Source: an uncultured Thermotogae bacterium (GTDB taxonomy: Bacteria > Bipolaricaulota > Bipolaricaulia > UBA7950 > UBA9294). Taken from it: a stretch of DNA of 64,000 nucleotides. The position numbers and the translations under genes are program-made. The DNA is taken from NCBI GenBank assembly GCA_964554715.1, contig CAZKPU010000001.1, forward strand, positions 5,833 to 69,832. The letters are read 5' to 3'. Shown in pieces: positions 38,638 to 47,485 of the stretch; within the stretch, counting starts at the first letter, position 1; every line of letters begins with the position of its first letter. A model generated the notes under the pieces. It made no database searches. It was not told where the DNA came from and saw nothing but the letters and a program-made list of their open reading frames with translations.

Positions 38638-39633
38638 CTATCCTGCGGGTATCGTTCGAGTGTCGGTAACAGGCATCCCCGATTTCGGAAGCGGTGGCGG
38701 ATCCTTTGCTGTTCGATCTCCCTGATTGCCTTGCCGAACAGGGCCCTGATCGAGCTTCAGATCCTGATGCGGCAGATCGCTCCCCGAGCGAAGAACGATC
38801 GTTCCCATCGGGGTGCAGGCATGCTGTGCAACGACATGGCACTTAACACGAAACAGAAAGAAGATCCGCAGCGGCTCTCCCGAGAGCCCTTCGTAGTTTC
38901 CTTGTCCCTTGGACAAGATCAGACGCGCGTTGCGGACTCGTCCTGCGAACCCCGGATCGGCAAGACGCAGCGAGGTTCCCGGCCCTCGTTGACCGCTTGC
39001 GATGACATCGGCGAACTCGTGGATCCCGGCAACTTCCGCATCTTCCATCGTTGCATCGTTGAGGATCGGCCCTCCCCGCACAACGAACGTGACTTCTTTC
39101 CCGAGCGCCGCGAGCTGCTCGACCACGAGCCGGTCGAACACAATCTCCCCGGCGTTATCTGCCAGATACAACACGCGGTCGGTTGTGTCCAGGTGTTCAC
39201 GGAATACGGCATAGCCGTCGAAGCCGAACCGGCCCTCGAGGATCTTGTCGAGCGCGACAGCCACATCGTACGTGTGGCCGAAGCTTGGCCCGACATCGAT
39301 TGCGTTGGCAGCAGCGGCAAGCCGCATCGCTGTGAGCAGGGGTTCGGGCGATTCCGCAACGGACCGCCGGTAGCGAGGGAGCACGTCCAGGCAGATGCGG
39401 TTGCTGGTCTGTTTGATCTGCCGGAACGGATCGTCGCATCCGAGGGTCTGTCGAGCGATCTGATGAACGATGTTTCCGTTGTCGGCGGGGGTCGCACTCA
39501 GATCCATGTGTGGAATCTGTTGGGAAACCGCCTCAAGGACAGCCCTCTGGCGTGTGAGATCCGATGTCACATGCTGTGCTGCGGTCAGCGATTGCCGCAG
39601 GAGGCAGGGGAAGCATTCCAGGTACGTACGCAT
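38638..39633 (-). CDS. DUF89 (ARMT1-like damage-control phosphatase family) protein
   Basis: Diagnostic LADNAGE motif; 331 aa. Confidence 0.6.
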   Translation of the reverse strand: MRTYLECFPCLLRQSLTAAQHVTSDLTRQRAVLEAVSQQIPHMDLSATPADNGNIVHQIARQTLGCDDPFRQIKQTSNRICLDVLPRYRRSVAESPEPLLTAMRLAAAANAIDVGPSFGHTYDVAVALDKILEGRFGFDGYAVFREHLDTTDRVLYLADNAGEIVFDRLVVEQLAALGKEVTFVVRGGPILNDATMEDAEVAGIHEFADVIASGQRGPGTSLRLADPGFAGRVRNARLILSKGQGNYEGLSGEPLRIFFLFRVKCHVVAQHACTPMGTIVLRSGSDLPHQDLKLDQGPVRQGNQGDRTAKDPPPLPKSGMPVTDTRTIPAG

Positions 39634-39788
39634 CTTGCTTTTCGTGTTTCCCTTCGGGACCGTGGGTCCTCAGAACCGGTGCGATGCACATCGTAACGCA
39701 TTTGCCGCGCCGTTCCAGCAACCCCTTCTCACATTCCCGTTCTCGTTGGGGTTGGGAAAATGGGGGCGGCACTCGTCCTGATGAACGA

Positions 39789-40655
39789 TCATGCCACAGC
39801 CTCAAGAAACCGGGAAAACACCGTTCGCATCGCTTGTCCGGCGGGGCTTTCCGGATCGTCCACGGGGCTTCTCCGCGTGAGAAGATACTGGGGTACGAGG
39901 CTGTCGTAGGGGATCCTGCCGAGAACGCGAACGGACGAGCGGCGTGCATGGTCTTCCAGAGCGTCGGACATCTCGGTGCAGAGGTCGGCCTTGTTGATGA
40001 CGAGATACGCGGGAACCTTGAAGTGCTCAAGGACTCCGAGAATTCTCTCAAGGTCGTGCTTCCCGGACGCTGTCGGCTCCGTAACGAGGACGGCGGCATC
40101 CGCGCCGCTGATCGACGCAATCACCGGACAACCGATCCCCGGTGCGCCGTCGATCAACTGGAATTCGATCTCCGCTTCCTGCGACGCTGCGAGCTGATCC
40201 GCACGCTTCTTGACCTCGGTAACCAGTTTCCCGGATGTCTCTTCACCGGGGAACAGCTCTGCCCCGGCAAGCGGTCCTTGCGGTGTTTCGGCGGTGTACC
40301 ATTCGCCTGACTCGGTCGGATGCAGAGAGATCGCTGCCGTGGGGCAGACAGTGACACAGGCTCCGCATCCCTCACACATGAACGGGTCGATCGTGTATCT
40401 GTCGTCGATCGCGCGGAACCGGCACACCGGCTGACATGCACCGCACGAGGTGCAAAGATCGACGTCTTTCACGGCGATCTGCGCGCCTGAGTAGGTTCCC
40501 TGCTCACGGATGGTCGCCGCAAGGAGGAGATGGAGGTTGGCTGCATCGACGTCACAATCCACGAGGATCTTCCGGTCGAGCAAGCGGGCGAAGGCGCCGG
40601 CCAGCGAGGTCTTCCCCGTTCCACCCTTGCCGGAAAGGAACACAATGCGTTTCAT
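39789..40655 (-). CDS. MinD/CooC-like P-loop ATPase with inserted 4Fe-4S ferredoxin domain (COG1149)
   Basis: Walker A GKGGTGKT and two CxxCxxC clusters. The true start is MKRIVFL, overlapping the upstream paralogue's stop (ATGA). Confidence 0.75.
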   Translation of the reverse strand: MKRIVFLSGKGGTGKTSLAGAFARLLDRKILVDCDVDAANLHLLLAATIREQGTYSGAQIAVKDVDLCTSCGACQPVCRFRAIDDRYTIDPFMCEGCGACVTVCPTAAISLHPTESGEWYTAETPQGPLAGAELFPGEETSGKLVTEVKKRADQLAASQEAEIEFQLIDGAPGIGCPVIASISGADAAVLVTEPTASGKHDLERILGVLEHFKVPAYLVINKADLCTEMSDALEDHARRSSVRVLGRIPYDSLVPQYLLTRRSPVDDPESPAGQAMRTVFSRFLEAVA

Positions 40656-41497
40656 CGGATCACCGCCTTGAGATCGTCGTAGAGCTTCCGGAACGGCGGC
40701 ATCCATTCGGGGAACGTCCGCACAAGAGTTTCTCCGACGGCGTACGTTGCCGCGATCTCACGCCGGAACGGAATCCGCATGATCACCGGAATCTTCTCCT
40801 CGCGGCAGAAGGTTTCGACTTGATCGTCGCCGATGCCGTCACGGTTGATCACCACAGCAACGGGGATATCCAACGCTTTGGCGACGCCGACGGCTGCACG
40901 GAGATCATGGAGTCCGAACGGGGTTGGCTCAGTGACTAGCAAAGCGATATCGGCGCCATGCATGGCGGCGATGGTCGGACAACCGGTTCCCGGCGGGGCA
41001 TCGATGAGGCTGAGACGGGACGGATCGATCACGTCGCCGAGGGCGTGGATAATCGGCGTGGCCATGGCTTCCCCGACGCGAAGGAGCCCCTGGGCGAAGG
41101 CCAGGCGGGCTGAGGCTGTTCCGATCTCGATGACTCCAAGTTCATGGGGGTTCTCCGTGATGGCCCCTTCCGGGCAGACCAAGGTGCAGCGCCCGCAGCC
41201 GTGGCAGAGCTGGTCAAACACGAGGACCTTCCCGGCGACGACGGAGATGGCGTGGAACTGACACGCTTCGGCGCACGCACCGCACGCCGTACACTTCTGT
41301 TCATCCACAACCGGGAGCCGCTTGGTGACGGTGCGGCGAGATGTGATCTGCGGATGGAGAAACAGATGAGCGTTGGGCTCTTCGACATCCGCATCAACCA
41401 GTTGTGGTTCTTCCAGATCTTCGAGCGCAAGGGCGAGGTTGACGGCAACGGTCGTCTTGCCGGTCCCACCCTTCCCACTGGCGATGACGATTCTCAT
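40652..41497 (-). CDS. MinD/CooC-like P-loop ATPase with inserted 4Fe-4S ferredoxin domain (COG1149)
   Basis: Walker A GKGGTGKT and CTACGACAEAC / CHGCGRC clusters. Confidence 0.75.
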   Translation of the reverse strand: MRIVIASGKGGTGKTTVAVNLALALEDLEEPQLVDADVEEPNAHLFLHPQITSRRTVTKRLPVVDEQKCTACGACAEACQFHAISVVAGKVLVFDQLCHGCGRCTLVCPEGAITENPHELGVIEIGTASARLAFAQGLLRVGEAMATPIIHALGDVIDPSRLSLIDAPPGTGCPTIAAMHGADIALLVTEPTPFGLHDLRAAVGVAKALDIPVAVVINRDGIGDDQVETFCREEKIPVIMRIPFRREIAATYAVGETLVRTFPEWMPPFRKLYDDLKAVIR

Positions 41498-41895
41498 TGG
41501 TTACGGCCTTGCGGATCGAGCTTCTCGTGGTCATGGAAGGTGTGTTGCTGACAAGCCGAGTCCTCGCCGACCGGATTTGTCTTGCCTTGCTTCCAGGCAT
41601 CGATGGCTTCTGCAGCGCTGCCGCGGAATCCGATCGACACATGGATTCCGCGTTGCGAGAGGATACTGATGGCGCGTCTTCCGAGCCCTTGGCACAATAC
41701 GACATCGATCCCCATGTTGGCGAGGAGGTCCGCAGGCAAGCCTTGGCCTCCCATGTGTTCGGAGGTGTTCGGCACAACGCGGGCGCTGCCGGATTCGGTA
41801 TCGAACACGGTGAAGGTCGGAACTCGACCGAAGTGTTCACCAACCGCAGCATCCAGACCGCCTGCGCCCTCTGTGGGTATGCAGATCTTGGTCAT
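41494..41895 (-). CDS. NifX/NafY-like (dinitrogenase FeMo-cofactor-binding fold) protein
   Basis: 133 aa, Nitro_FeMo-Co-like; ATGA overlaps on both sides. Confidence 0.6.
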   Translation of the reverse strand: MTKICIPTEGAGGLDAAVGEHFGRVPTFTVFDTESGSARVVPNTSEHMGGQGLPADLLANMGIDVVLCQGLGRRAISILSQRGIHVSIGFRGSAAEAIDAWKQGKTNPVGEDSACQQHTFHDHEKLDPQGRNQ

Positions 41896-42254
41896 CTCAT
41901 CCCTCCTTGGTGTTGCCGGCCGGTGGGGGCATCCGTTTGATCGATTGTGCCGGCCTGGAAAGCGGTGAGCGCGTCGCGAACCGTCCCCGATGCATTCACG
42001 TGGACTTTGACACCGGCTGCGTTCAACACACTGAACGCGTTGGGTCCGATGCGTCCCGTGATCACGACCGAAGCGCTTCGATCGATGACGAGCTGGGCGG
42101 ATTGAACCCCAGCACCGTGAGCTCCTGGGGAGTTGGTCACGGATTGGAGTTCGTTCGTTTCGGAATCCACAAACAAGAAGTGGGCGGCACGGCCGAACGT
42201 CGGATCGATCTGGGCATCAAGGGTTTCTCCTGTGGCGGAAAAGCAAATGATCAT
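41892..42254 (-). CDS. NifX/NafY-like protein (orange-protein-like)
   Basis: 120 aa; paralogue of the previous gene. Confidence 0.6.
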   Translation of the reverse strand: MIICFSATGETLDAQIDPTFGRAAHFLFVDSETNELQSVTNSPGAHGAGVQSAQLVIDRSASVVITGRIGPNAFSVLNAAGVKVHVNASGTVRDALTAFQAGTIDQTDAPTGRQHQGGMR

Positions 42255-42365
42255 GGTTGGCTCCTTTCGGTGGGCGATCTGATTCTACGCGGGCAATCCC
42301 CGTTTTTCCGGCGCGAGTCGAACCCCAACGATCACGAGGATCGCCCGAGGGTCAAGCAACGTCCT

Positions 42366-42394
42366 CGAGCATGGCGATTATAGGCATATGCACA
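42366..42394 (-). promoter_or_regulatory. candidate sigma70 promoter of the nifX-like/MinD-Fd operon
   Basis: Minus-strand TTGCTG, 16-nt spacer, TATAAT (42371-42366), in an AT-rich island. Confidence 0.4.
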
Positions 42395-42438
42395 GAAACA
42401 GCAAGCGGGTTGTGTCTCTTGTTTGCTGGATCTTACGG

Positions 42439-42467
42439 TTGGGACGGGCTTCCCCGCAGCGTATACT
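42439..42467 (+). promoter_or_regulatory. candidate sigma70 promoter of DUF134-holA
   Basis: TTGGGA, 17-nt spacer, TATACT; the predicted TSS is only ~3 nt before ATG 42477. Confidence 0.35.
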
Positions 42468-42476
42468 CTGAAGATC

Positions 42477-42866
42477 ATGGAATCTGAGACCCAGAAGCCC
42501 GGTGTCGGGAGGCCGAAGAAGCCCCGATACTGCCAAACGTTCCGCGGTCCGGCGTTGTTCAAGCCAGCAGGCGTCCCGATGGCCGAGCTGGAGATCGTTT
42601 CACTGGGCATCGATGAGCTGGAAGCGTTGAGGCTCTGTGACGTAGAGGGGTTTCATCAGCAACAGGCGGCCGATGCCATGGGGATCTCGCGTGGAACCGT
42701 GCAGAGGCTTCTGGAATCAGGGCACAGGAAACTGACCGATTCGGTGCTTGTCGGCAAGGCGCTTGCCGTCGAAAGCGCTGATCATGTTATCGTTCCGGAC
42801 CGCCGCGGCGGACGTCACCGACACCACGGACGGTTCGGACCAGCTCCGAGACCGGGCCGGCGATGA
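42477..42866 (+). CDS. DUF134 (UPF0251) putative DNA-binding protein
   Basis: MESETQKPGVGRPKKPRYCQTF…ELEALRLCDVEGFHQQQAADAMGISRGTVQRLL is a conserved DUF134 pattern with a sigma-70 region-4-like HTH. Its stop overlaps the holA start (ATGA). Confidence 0.7.
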   Translation: MESETQKPGVGRPKKPRYCQTFRGPALFKPAGVPMAELEIVSLGIDELEALRLCDVEGFHQQQAADAMGISRGTVQRLLESGHRKLTDSVLVGKALAVESADHVIVPDRRGGRHRHHGRFGPAPRPGRR

Positions 42867-43804
42867 CCGTTCCTCGAGTTGCTCTGGTCCACGGAGATGA
42901 TCTTCGGGCAACGCAGGCTCTTGTGCAGCGGCAGGAGACGCTCGCTGCAGAGATCGACGGAATCGAACGGATCGTCAAATTCGCCGACGATCTGAACCCC
43001 GCCGAGTTTCACATCGAACTGCAGCTGCAAGGACTGTTCTCTCAGGCAAGGCACTTCGTCATCCGTCACGCAGAAGCCGTGAAGCGGCCGAAGGATCTTG
43101 TCGCAGCGCTGTGCTCGCAGCACGCCCCGGGAACCTATCTCACGGTTGTTGCGTCTTCCCTTCCGGCGACAAGTCTCTGGATCAAGGGTTTGAAGGGGGT
43201 GGCGGAGATCACGGCCGTCCCGGCACCCCATCGAAAGGATCTCCTCGCGCTCGCGAGGAGGATCTTCGCCGACCACGGACTTGCCGGTACGCCGGCGCTT
43301 ATCCGGGACGCTGTCGAAACCAGCGGCGGCGATCTGCTTGCTCTTGAGCAGGAAGCGACGAAGCTCCGTACCTATCTCGGACAGGGCGAAGGCCTGGAGG
43401 CGAGGAAGCTTGATCGGGACGCAATCCAATCGTTGGTGTTTCCCGTTGGCGAAACCACGATCTGGCCGGTGCTGGATCGGATCGGAGAACGAGACGCCAG
43501 CCGGTGTCTGAGTGCGCTTCGCGGGCTCCGGGAAGAGCCGGTCCGGGTGATGTCGATGATCATGCGGCATCTGACCCGCCTGGCGGTGGTCCGTGCCTTG
43601 CAGGACGAGGGGATGAACTCCGGCGACATCGGGACGTTCTTGGGGATCCCGGGCTGGCAACTCCGGAAGCTATCCGGGCAAGCGAAGCGGTGGACCGCCC
43701 AAGAACTCACCGCCGCCCTCGACCGCGCGATCCGATTGGATCTCGAGGTCAAGAGCGGCGATCGTCGTCCGTATGACGCTATGCTGAAACTCGTTTTGTC
43801 GTGA
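42863..43804 (+). CDS. holA: DNA polymerase III delta subunit
   Basis: 313 aa with overall delta-subunit architecture (N-terminal …LVHGDD… clamp-loader fold). Confidence 0.55.
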   Translation: MTVPRVALVHGDDLRATQALVQRQETLAAEIDGIERIVKFADDLNPAEFHIELQLQGLFSQARHFVIRHAEAVKRPKDLVAALCSQHAPGTYLTVVASSLPATSLWIKGLKGVAEITAVPAPHRKDLLALARRIFADHGLAGTPALIRDAVETSGGDLLALEQEATKLRTYLGQGEGLEARKLDRDAIQSLVFPVGETTIWPVLDRIGERDASRCLSALRGLREEPVRVMSMIMRHLTRLAVVRALQDEGMNSGDIGTFLGIPGWQLRKLSGQAKRWTAQELTAALDRAIRLDLEVKSGDRRPYDAMLKLVLS

Positions 43805-43846
43805 GTTTCAGCTCTATGCTGAAACTCGTTTTGTCGTGAGTTTCAG
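43779..43846 (+). repeat. tandem duplication (2 x ~34 nt), each copy containing a perfect 9-bp-stem hairpin CTGAAACTC-N10-GAGTTTCAG
   Basis: CTATGCTGAAACTCGTTTTGTCGTGAGTTTCAG occurs at 43779-43811 and 43814-43846. Copy 1 contains the last 8 codons and stop of holA. It lies between convergent holA and secD. Confidence 0.7.
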
Positions 43847-43852
43847 CCCTAT

Positions 43853-45232
43853 CTATGCTTCAGCTGCCTCCGACGCCCTATGCGGGATGTGCTTGGACAG
43901 CGACGTCTTCTCCAGCAGCAGCCGGCTTGCGACCAGTGCGCAGAACAGGCTTCCGATGATGCCGATCATCAGCGTGATGGCGAACCCTCGAACCGTCCCC
44001 GTGCCGACAAGCAGAAGCATCAACGCAGTGAGAAGCGTGGTGATGTTGGCGTCCATCAAAGTAGAGAGCGACTTCTCGAACCCCGCTCTTACGGCTGCAA
44101 GCGGGGACTTTCCTGTCTTGTGCTCTTCTTTGATGCGTTCGAAGATGATGACGTTGGCATCGACGGTCATACCGATCGTCAGGATGATTCCGGCGATTCC
44201 CGGAAGCGTCAGCGTTGCTTTGAACACCACAAGTGCGCCGACAACGATCAACATGTTCATCAGCAAGGCAGCGTCTGCGACGATTCCCAGCGTGCGGTAG
44301 TACGCCAGCATATAGATCAGGATGATCGCGAAACCGATCACGATCGACATCATCCCGCGGCGGATCGAATCGCTTCCCAGGCTCGGTCCCACCGTTTGCT
44401 CCTCGACGATGTTCAGCGCCACCGGAAGCTGACCGGATCGCAACACAACAGCCAGCAGCGTGGCTTCATCGCGTGTCGGGATGTTGGTAATGGAGGCCTC
44501 ATCGATCCCCCGGTTCCCGGAGGACAGCGCTGCACTCATGATGTCATCGGAGATCAGCGGAGCGCTGTACACGGTTCCATCAAGCACGATCGCCAGGCGA
44601 TCGCCGATATCGGAGTCGCGGATCATGCTGGCGAACTGGCGGGCTCCCTCATCGGTGAGTTCCATCCGGATCAGATACATCCCGCCCGAAGTCAGACTGC
44701 TTGATGCGGAGACGGTGGCGTTCTCCAACGCCGATCCAACAAGAACCGGTTGCGCCTCGAGAATGTAGGGAACGCCGTCTCGATCGCGCATGAACTGGTG
44801 AAGTACCGACGTGGGGACGAGTTCGTCCGTGGGGCTTGTGCCGGCTTCGATGACCCAATGGAACGTCAGGGCGGCGGTCTGCCCGATCAATTGCTTCGCT
44901 TCGTCCGGATCTTGTGCGCCAGGGATGCTGACCACGACCGTTCCCGAACTCTGCTTGCGGATCTCCGTATTGGCGAGTCCGTATTCATCCGTGCGCCGTG
45001 AGAGGATGTCGACGACTTGGTCCAGCGTGGACTCCTGTTGTTCGGCATCCATGCTCCCGATGCCCTCGGGCTCGAGAACCAGGCGGACACCGCCTTGGAG
45101 GTCGAGACCCAGGTTCACGATTTTGTCAACGGGCCGCAGCGGGAAAATGATCAAGGCGATGGCGGCGACAAACACCGCAACAACAACCCCCAAGCGCAGC
45201 CAGTCGTTTCGAGTCATGTGGACTTGAGACAT
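43853..45232 (-). CDS. secD: protein translocase subunit SecD
   Basis: 459 aa with SecD periplasmic-domain and C-terminal TM-bundle similarity. No secF follows. Confidence 0.75.
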   Translation of the reverse strand: MSQVHMTRNDWLRLGVVVAVFVAAIALIIFPLRPVDKIVNLGLDLQGGVRLVLEPEGIGSMDAEQQESTLDQVVDILSRRTDEYGLANTEIRKQSSGTVVVSIPGAQDPDEAKQLIGQTAALTFHWVIEAGTSPTDELVPTSVLHQFMRDRDGVPYILEAQPVLVGSALENATVSASSSLTSGGMYLIRMELTDEGARQFASMIRDSDIGDRLAIVLDGTVYSAPLISDDIMSAALSSGNRGIDEASITNIPTRDEATLLAVVLRSGQLPVALNIVEEQTVGPSLGSDSIRRGMMSIVIGFAIILIYMLAYYRTLGIVADAALLMNMLIVVGALVVFKATLTLPGIAGIILTIGMTVDANVIIFERIKEEHKTGKSPLAAVRAGFEKSLSTLMDANITTLLTALMLLLVGTGTVRGFAITLMIGIIGSLFCALVASRLLLEKTSLSKHIPHRASEAAEA

Positions 45233-45253
45233 CCTCTTGCTCCCCTCGTTGTA

Positions 45254-45604
45254 CTACTTCTCGAGTTTGTTGGCGATACTGCTCTTGGCGATGCGCAGCT
45301 TGACGCCCTCTTCGAGGATCAGGACAGCGCTCGTATCACCGATCGAATCAATTTCCCCGTGAATCCCGCCTGCCGTAACGACTTTGTCGCCCCGCTTGAG
45401 GTTGGTGACCAGGTCGTCATGCTTCGCCTGGCGTTTCCGCTGCGGGCGGATGAGCAGGAAGTAGAAGACGCCCACGAAGACAACAAGGATCACCACCATA
45501 GAGATGAGCGAACTTCCGGTTCCCTCCGTCGCCGCTTCCTGGGCCATCACCGACCCGGAAAACAAAGCGAGCATCAATCCGATGAGCGCGACAACTCGAC
45601 TCAT
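45254..45604 (-). CDS. yajC: preprotein translocase subunit YajC
   Basis: MSRVVALIGLML…FYFLLIRPQRKRQ…; ATG 45604 with an AAGGAG SD. The track ORF is over-extended. Confidence 0.8.
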   Translation of the reverse strand: MSRVVALIGLMLALFSGSVMAQEAATEGTGSSLISMVVILVVFVGVFYFLLIRPQRKRQAKHDDLVTNLKRGDKVVTAGGIHGEIDSIGDTSAVLILEEGVKLRIAKSSIANKLEK

Positions 45605-45615
45605 AGTATCACTCC

Positions 45616-46143
45616 TTAAGATCGACCGGCCCGCCTGTGGCGTTGGATCCCCACGTAGATGAAACCACAACCAAAGACAGCGAAGCAAGCTGCAAGAACA
45701 GCCGCCACCGATCCTTCCAATCCTCTTCCCGCAACGATTACGCGTTCTAGCAGGAAGAGCAATGCAGCCCAGATTATAGCGTAGCTTCCGGCTGATATCG
45801 ACGTTCTTCCCGTCCATCCGGACGCCGACCGGCCGACGGCATCGTAGACGATCGTCCACGGGATCACCAGCAACCAGACAACCATCAGCCACAGATCCGA
45901 TCCGGACGTGAACAAGATCGCGAACAGCAGCAACAAATGACCGGGAAGCAGCGTGATCAGACCCGCCAAAGGCTTGGGGCGATCCGCCTTCTGATCCATC
46001 CACCAAGCGTACCCGAGCCAGCCCAAGCAGCCGACCGTTACAAGAACCGACCAAAGCAGCGGCGTCGAGTTCACGAGCAACACGATTACCAGCAAGGCGG
46101 CGATCAACGGATACGTCCAGAAGGCAAGGCGGTCGGAGAACAT
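45616..46143 (-). CDS. hypothetical integral membrane protein
   Basis: 175 aa, 4-5 TM helices; between mgtE and yajC. Confidence 0.4.
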   Translation of the reverse strand: MFSDRLAFWTYPLIAALLVIVLLVNSTPLLWSVLVTVGCLGWLGYAWWMDQKADRPKPLAGLITLLPGHLLLLFAILFTSGSDLWLMVVWLLVIPWTIVYDAVGRSASGWTGRTSISAGSYAIIWAALLFLLERVIVAGRGLEGSVAAVLAACFAVFGCGFIYVGIQRHRRAGRS

Positions 46144-46144
46144 G

Positions 46145-47449
46145 TCAGCTCAACTCCGGTAGCAACAGCCACGCGAGGATAAACAACACGGCATAACCGA
46201 AGACGTCGGTGATTGTAGTCAGGAAGATCCCCGAAGCGAGCGCAGGATCCTTCCCGAGGGCTCGGACAAGAAGCGGGATCAACGCACCGGCGGCACCGGC
46301 CGCTGTCAGTGTCAGGGTCATCGCTCCGAGCATTGCCACACCGAGAAGGAGATCCCCTTTCCAGATGTAGGTGATCAATCCGACCGTAAGGCCGACAAGC
46401 AATCCGTTGACCATGCCCAGCAGCGCCTCCTTGCCGAGCAAGCGGAACCCCTTGCCTTGATCGATGTCCCCGAGGGCGATCCCGCGAGTCATGATCGTAA
46501 CCGTCTGCATCCCCGCGCTTCCGCCTTGTCCGGCAACGACCCCCATCAGAACGGCGAGCGCAGCGACCTTGGCGACCATGTCTTCGAACAATCCGACGAC
46601 GATCGCCGCCGCCAACCCGGTCGCCAGCCGGACATACATCCACGGAAGACGCATTCGAAACGAAGATCCCCAACTGGTGTCGACCCCCTCTTCGCGAGGG
46701 ACGGTCGCCAACCCATAGATGTCCTCGGTGGCCTCTTCTCGGATGACGTCGATCACATCGTCGACGGTGATGATCCCGAGAAGCTTCCCGCTCTCCTCAA
46801 CGACGGGCAGCGCAACGAAGTTGTACTTGTCGAACAGACGGGCGACGTCCTCGACGTCGTCGGTGACCGGCACGCTGATCACATCGCGGTCCAGGATCTG
46901 CACGAGCTGCGTACCGGGTGGCGCGAGAGCCATATCCCGCAGTCCGACCACGCCGACGAGAAGGCCTTCCGAATCGGTGATGTAGGCGTAGTAGACGGTT
47001 TCCGCTTCTTCGATCTGACGGCGCAACAGGTCGATTGCCTGTCCGGTTGTCATTTCGAGCGTAAGCGCGACGAACTCCGGCGACATCAACCCGCCGGCCG
47101 AATCGGGAGGATAGGCAAGGAGATTGCTGAGAAGCTCCGCGTCCTCATCGGCGAGGCGTGACAGCAGTTCCTGCTGGGTCTCGGCCGGAAGTTCTTCCAG
47201 GAGATCCACCGCATCATCAGGATCCATCCGCGAGAGGATCTTGATCGCTTCGTCACGATCCAACCGGGCGAGGATCTCCGCCGAGTCCTCGGGTTCCATC
47301 TCGGAAAGCGGCTCCGCTGCCTGCTGCCTGAGGAACAACCGGTGGACGAGTTCAATCGCCTGATCCTCGGAGATTTCCGTCAAGACCGCGGCCACATCTG
47401 CAGGGCGCTTCGACAGCAAGTCCCGCAAGATCACCCGTTGCTGCTCCAT
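46145..47449 (-). CDS. mgtE: magnesium transporter MgtE
   Basis: N-domain, CBS pair and TM domain are collinear with MgtE. The true start is MEQQRVIL at ATG 47449 (GGAGG SD); the 905-aa track ORF is an antisense-of-ggt artefact. Confidence 0.85.
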   Translation of the reverse strand: MEQQRVILRDLLSKRPADVAAVLTEISEDQAIELVHRLFLRQQAAEPLSEMEPEDSAEILARLDRDEAIKILSRMDPDDAVDLLEELPAETQQELLSRLADEDAELLSNLLAYPPDSAGGLMSPEFVALTLEMTTGQAIDLLRRQIEEAETVYYAYITDSEGLLVGVVGLRDMALAPPGTQLVQILDRDVISVPVTDDVEDVARLFDKYNFVALPVVEESGKLLGIITVDDVIDVIREEATEDIYGLATVPREEGVDTSWGSSFRMRLPWMYVRLATGLAAAIVVGLFEDMVAKVAALAVLMGVVAGQGGSAGMQTVTIMTRGIALGDIDQGKGFRLLGKEALLGMVNGLLVGLTVGLITYIWKGDLLLGVAMLGAMTLTLTAAGAAGALIPLLVRALGKDPALASGIFLTTITDVFGYAVLFILAWLLLPELS

Positions 47450-47479
47450 CGTGTGTCCTCCATCGATTGAAACGCGACC

Positions 47480-47485
47480 GGGATT
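47480..47485 (-). promoter_or_regulatory. perfect -10 hexamer TATAAT 30 nt upstream of mgtE
   Basis: The -35 is weak; the predicted 5' UTR is only ~24 nt. Confidence 0.25.

Noticed and set aside
42255-42476. Sigma54 (-24/-12) promoter in the ORP-like intergenic region, expected by analogy with Desulfovibrio orp
   Set aside because: The TGGCGATTATAGGCAT spacing is off by one from GG-N10-GC, and no sigma54 activator gene is adjacent. Sigma70-like hexamers fit better.
43779-43846. CRISPR-like repeat
   Set aside because: Only two units in direct tandem with no spacers; it overlaps the holA 3' end. A duplicated terminator hairpin is the better explanation.
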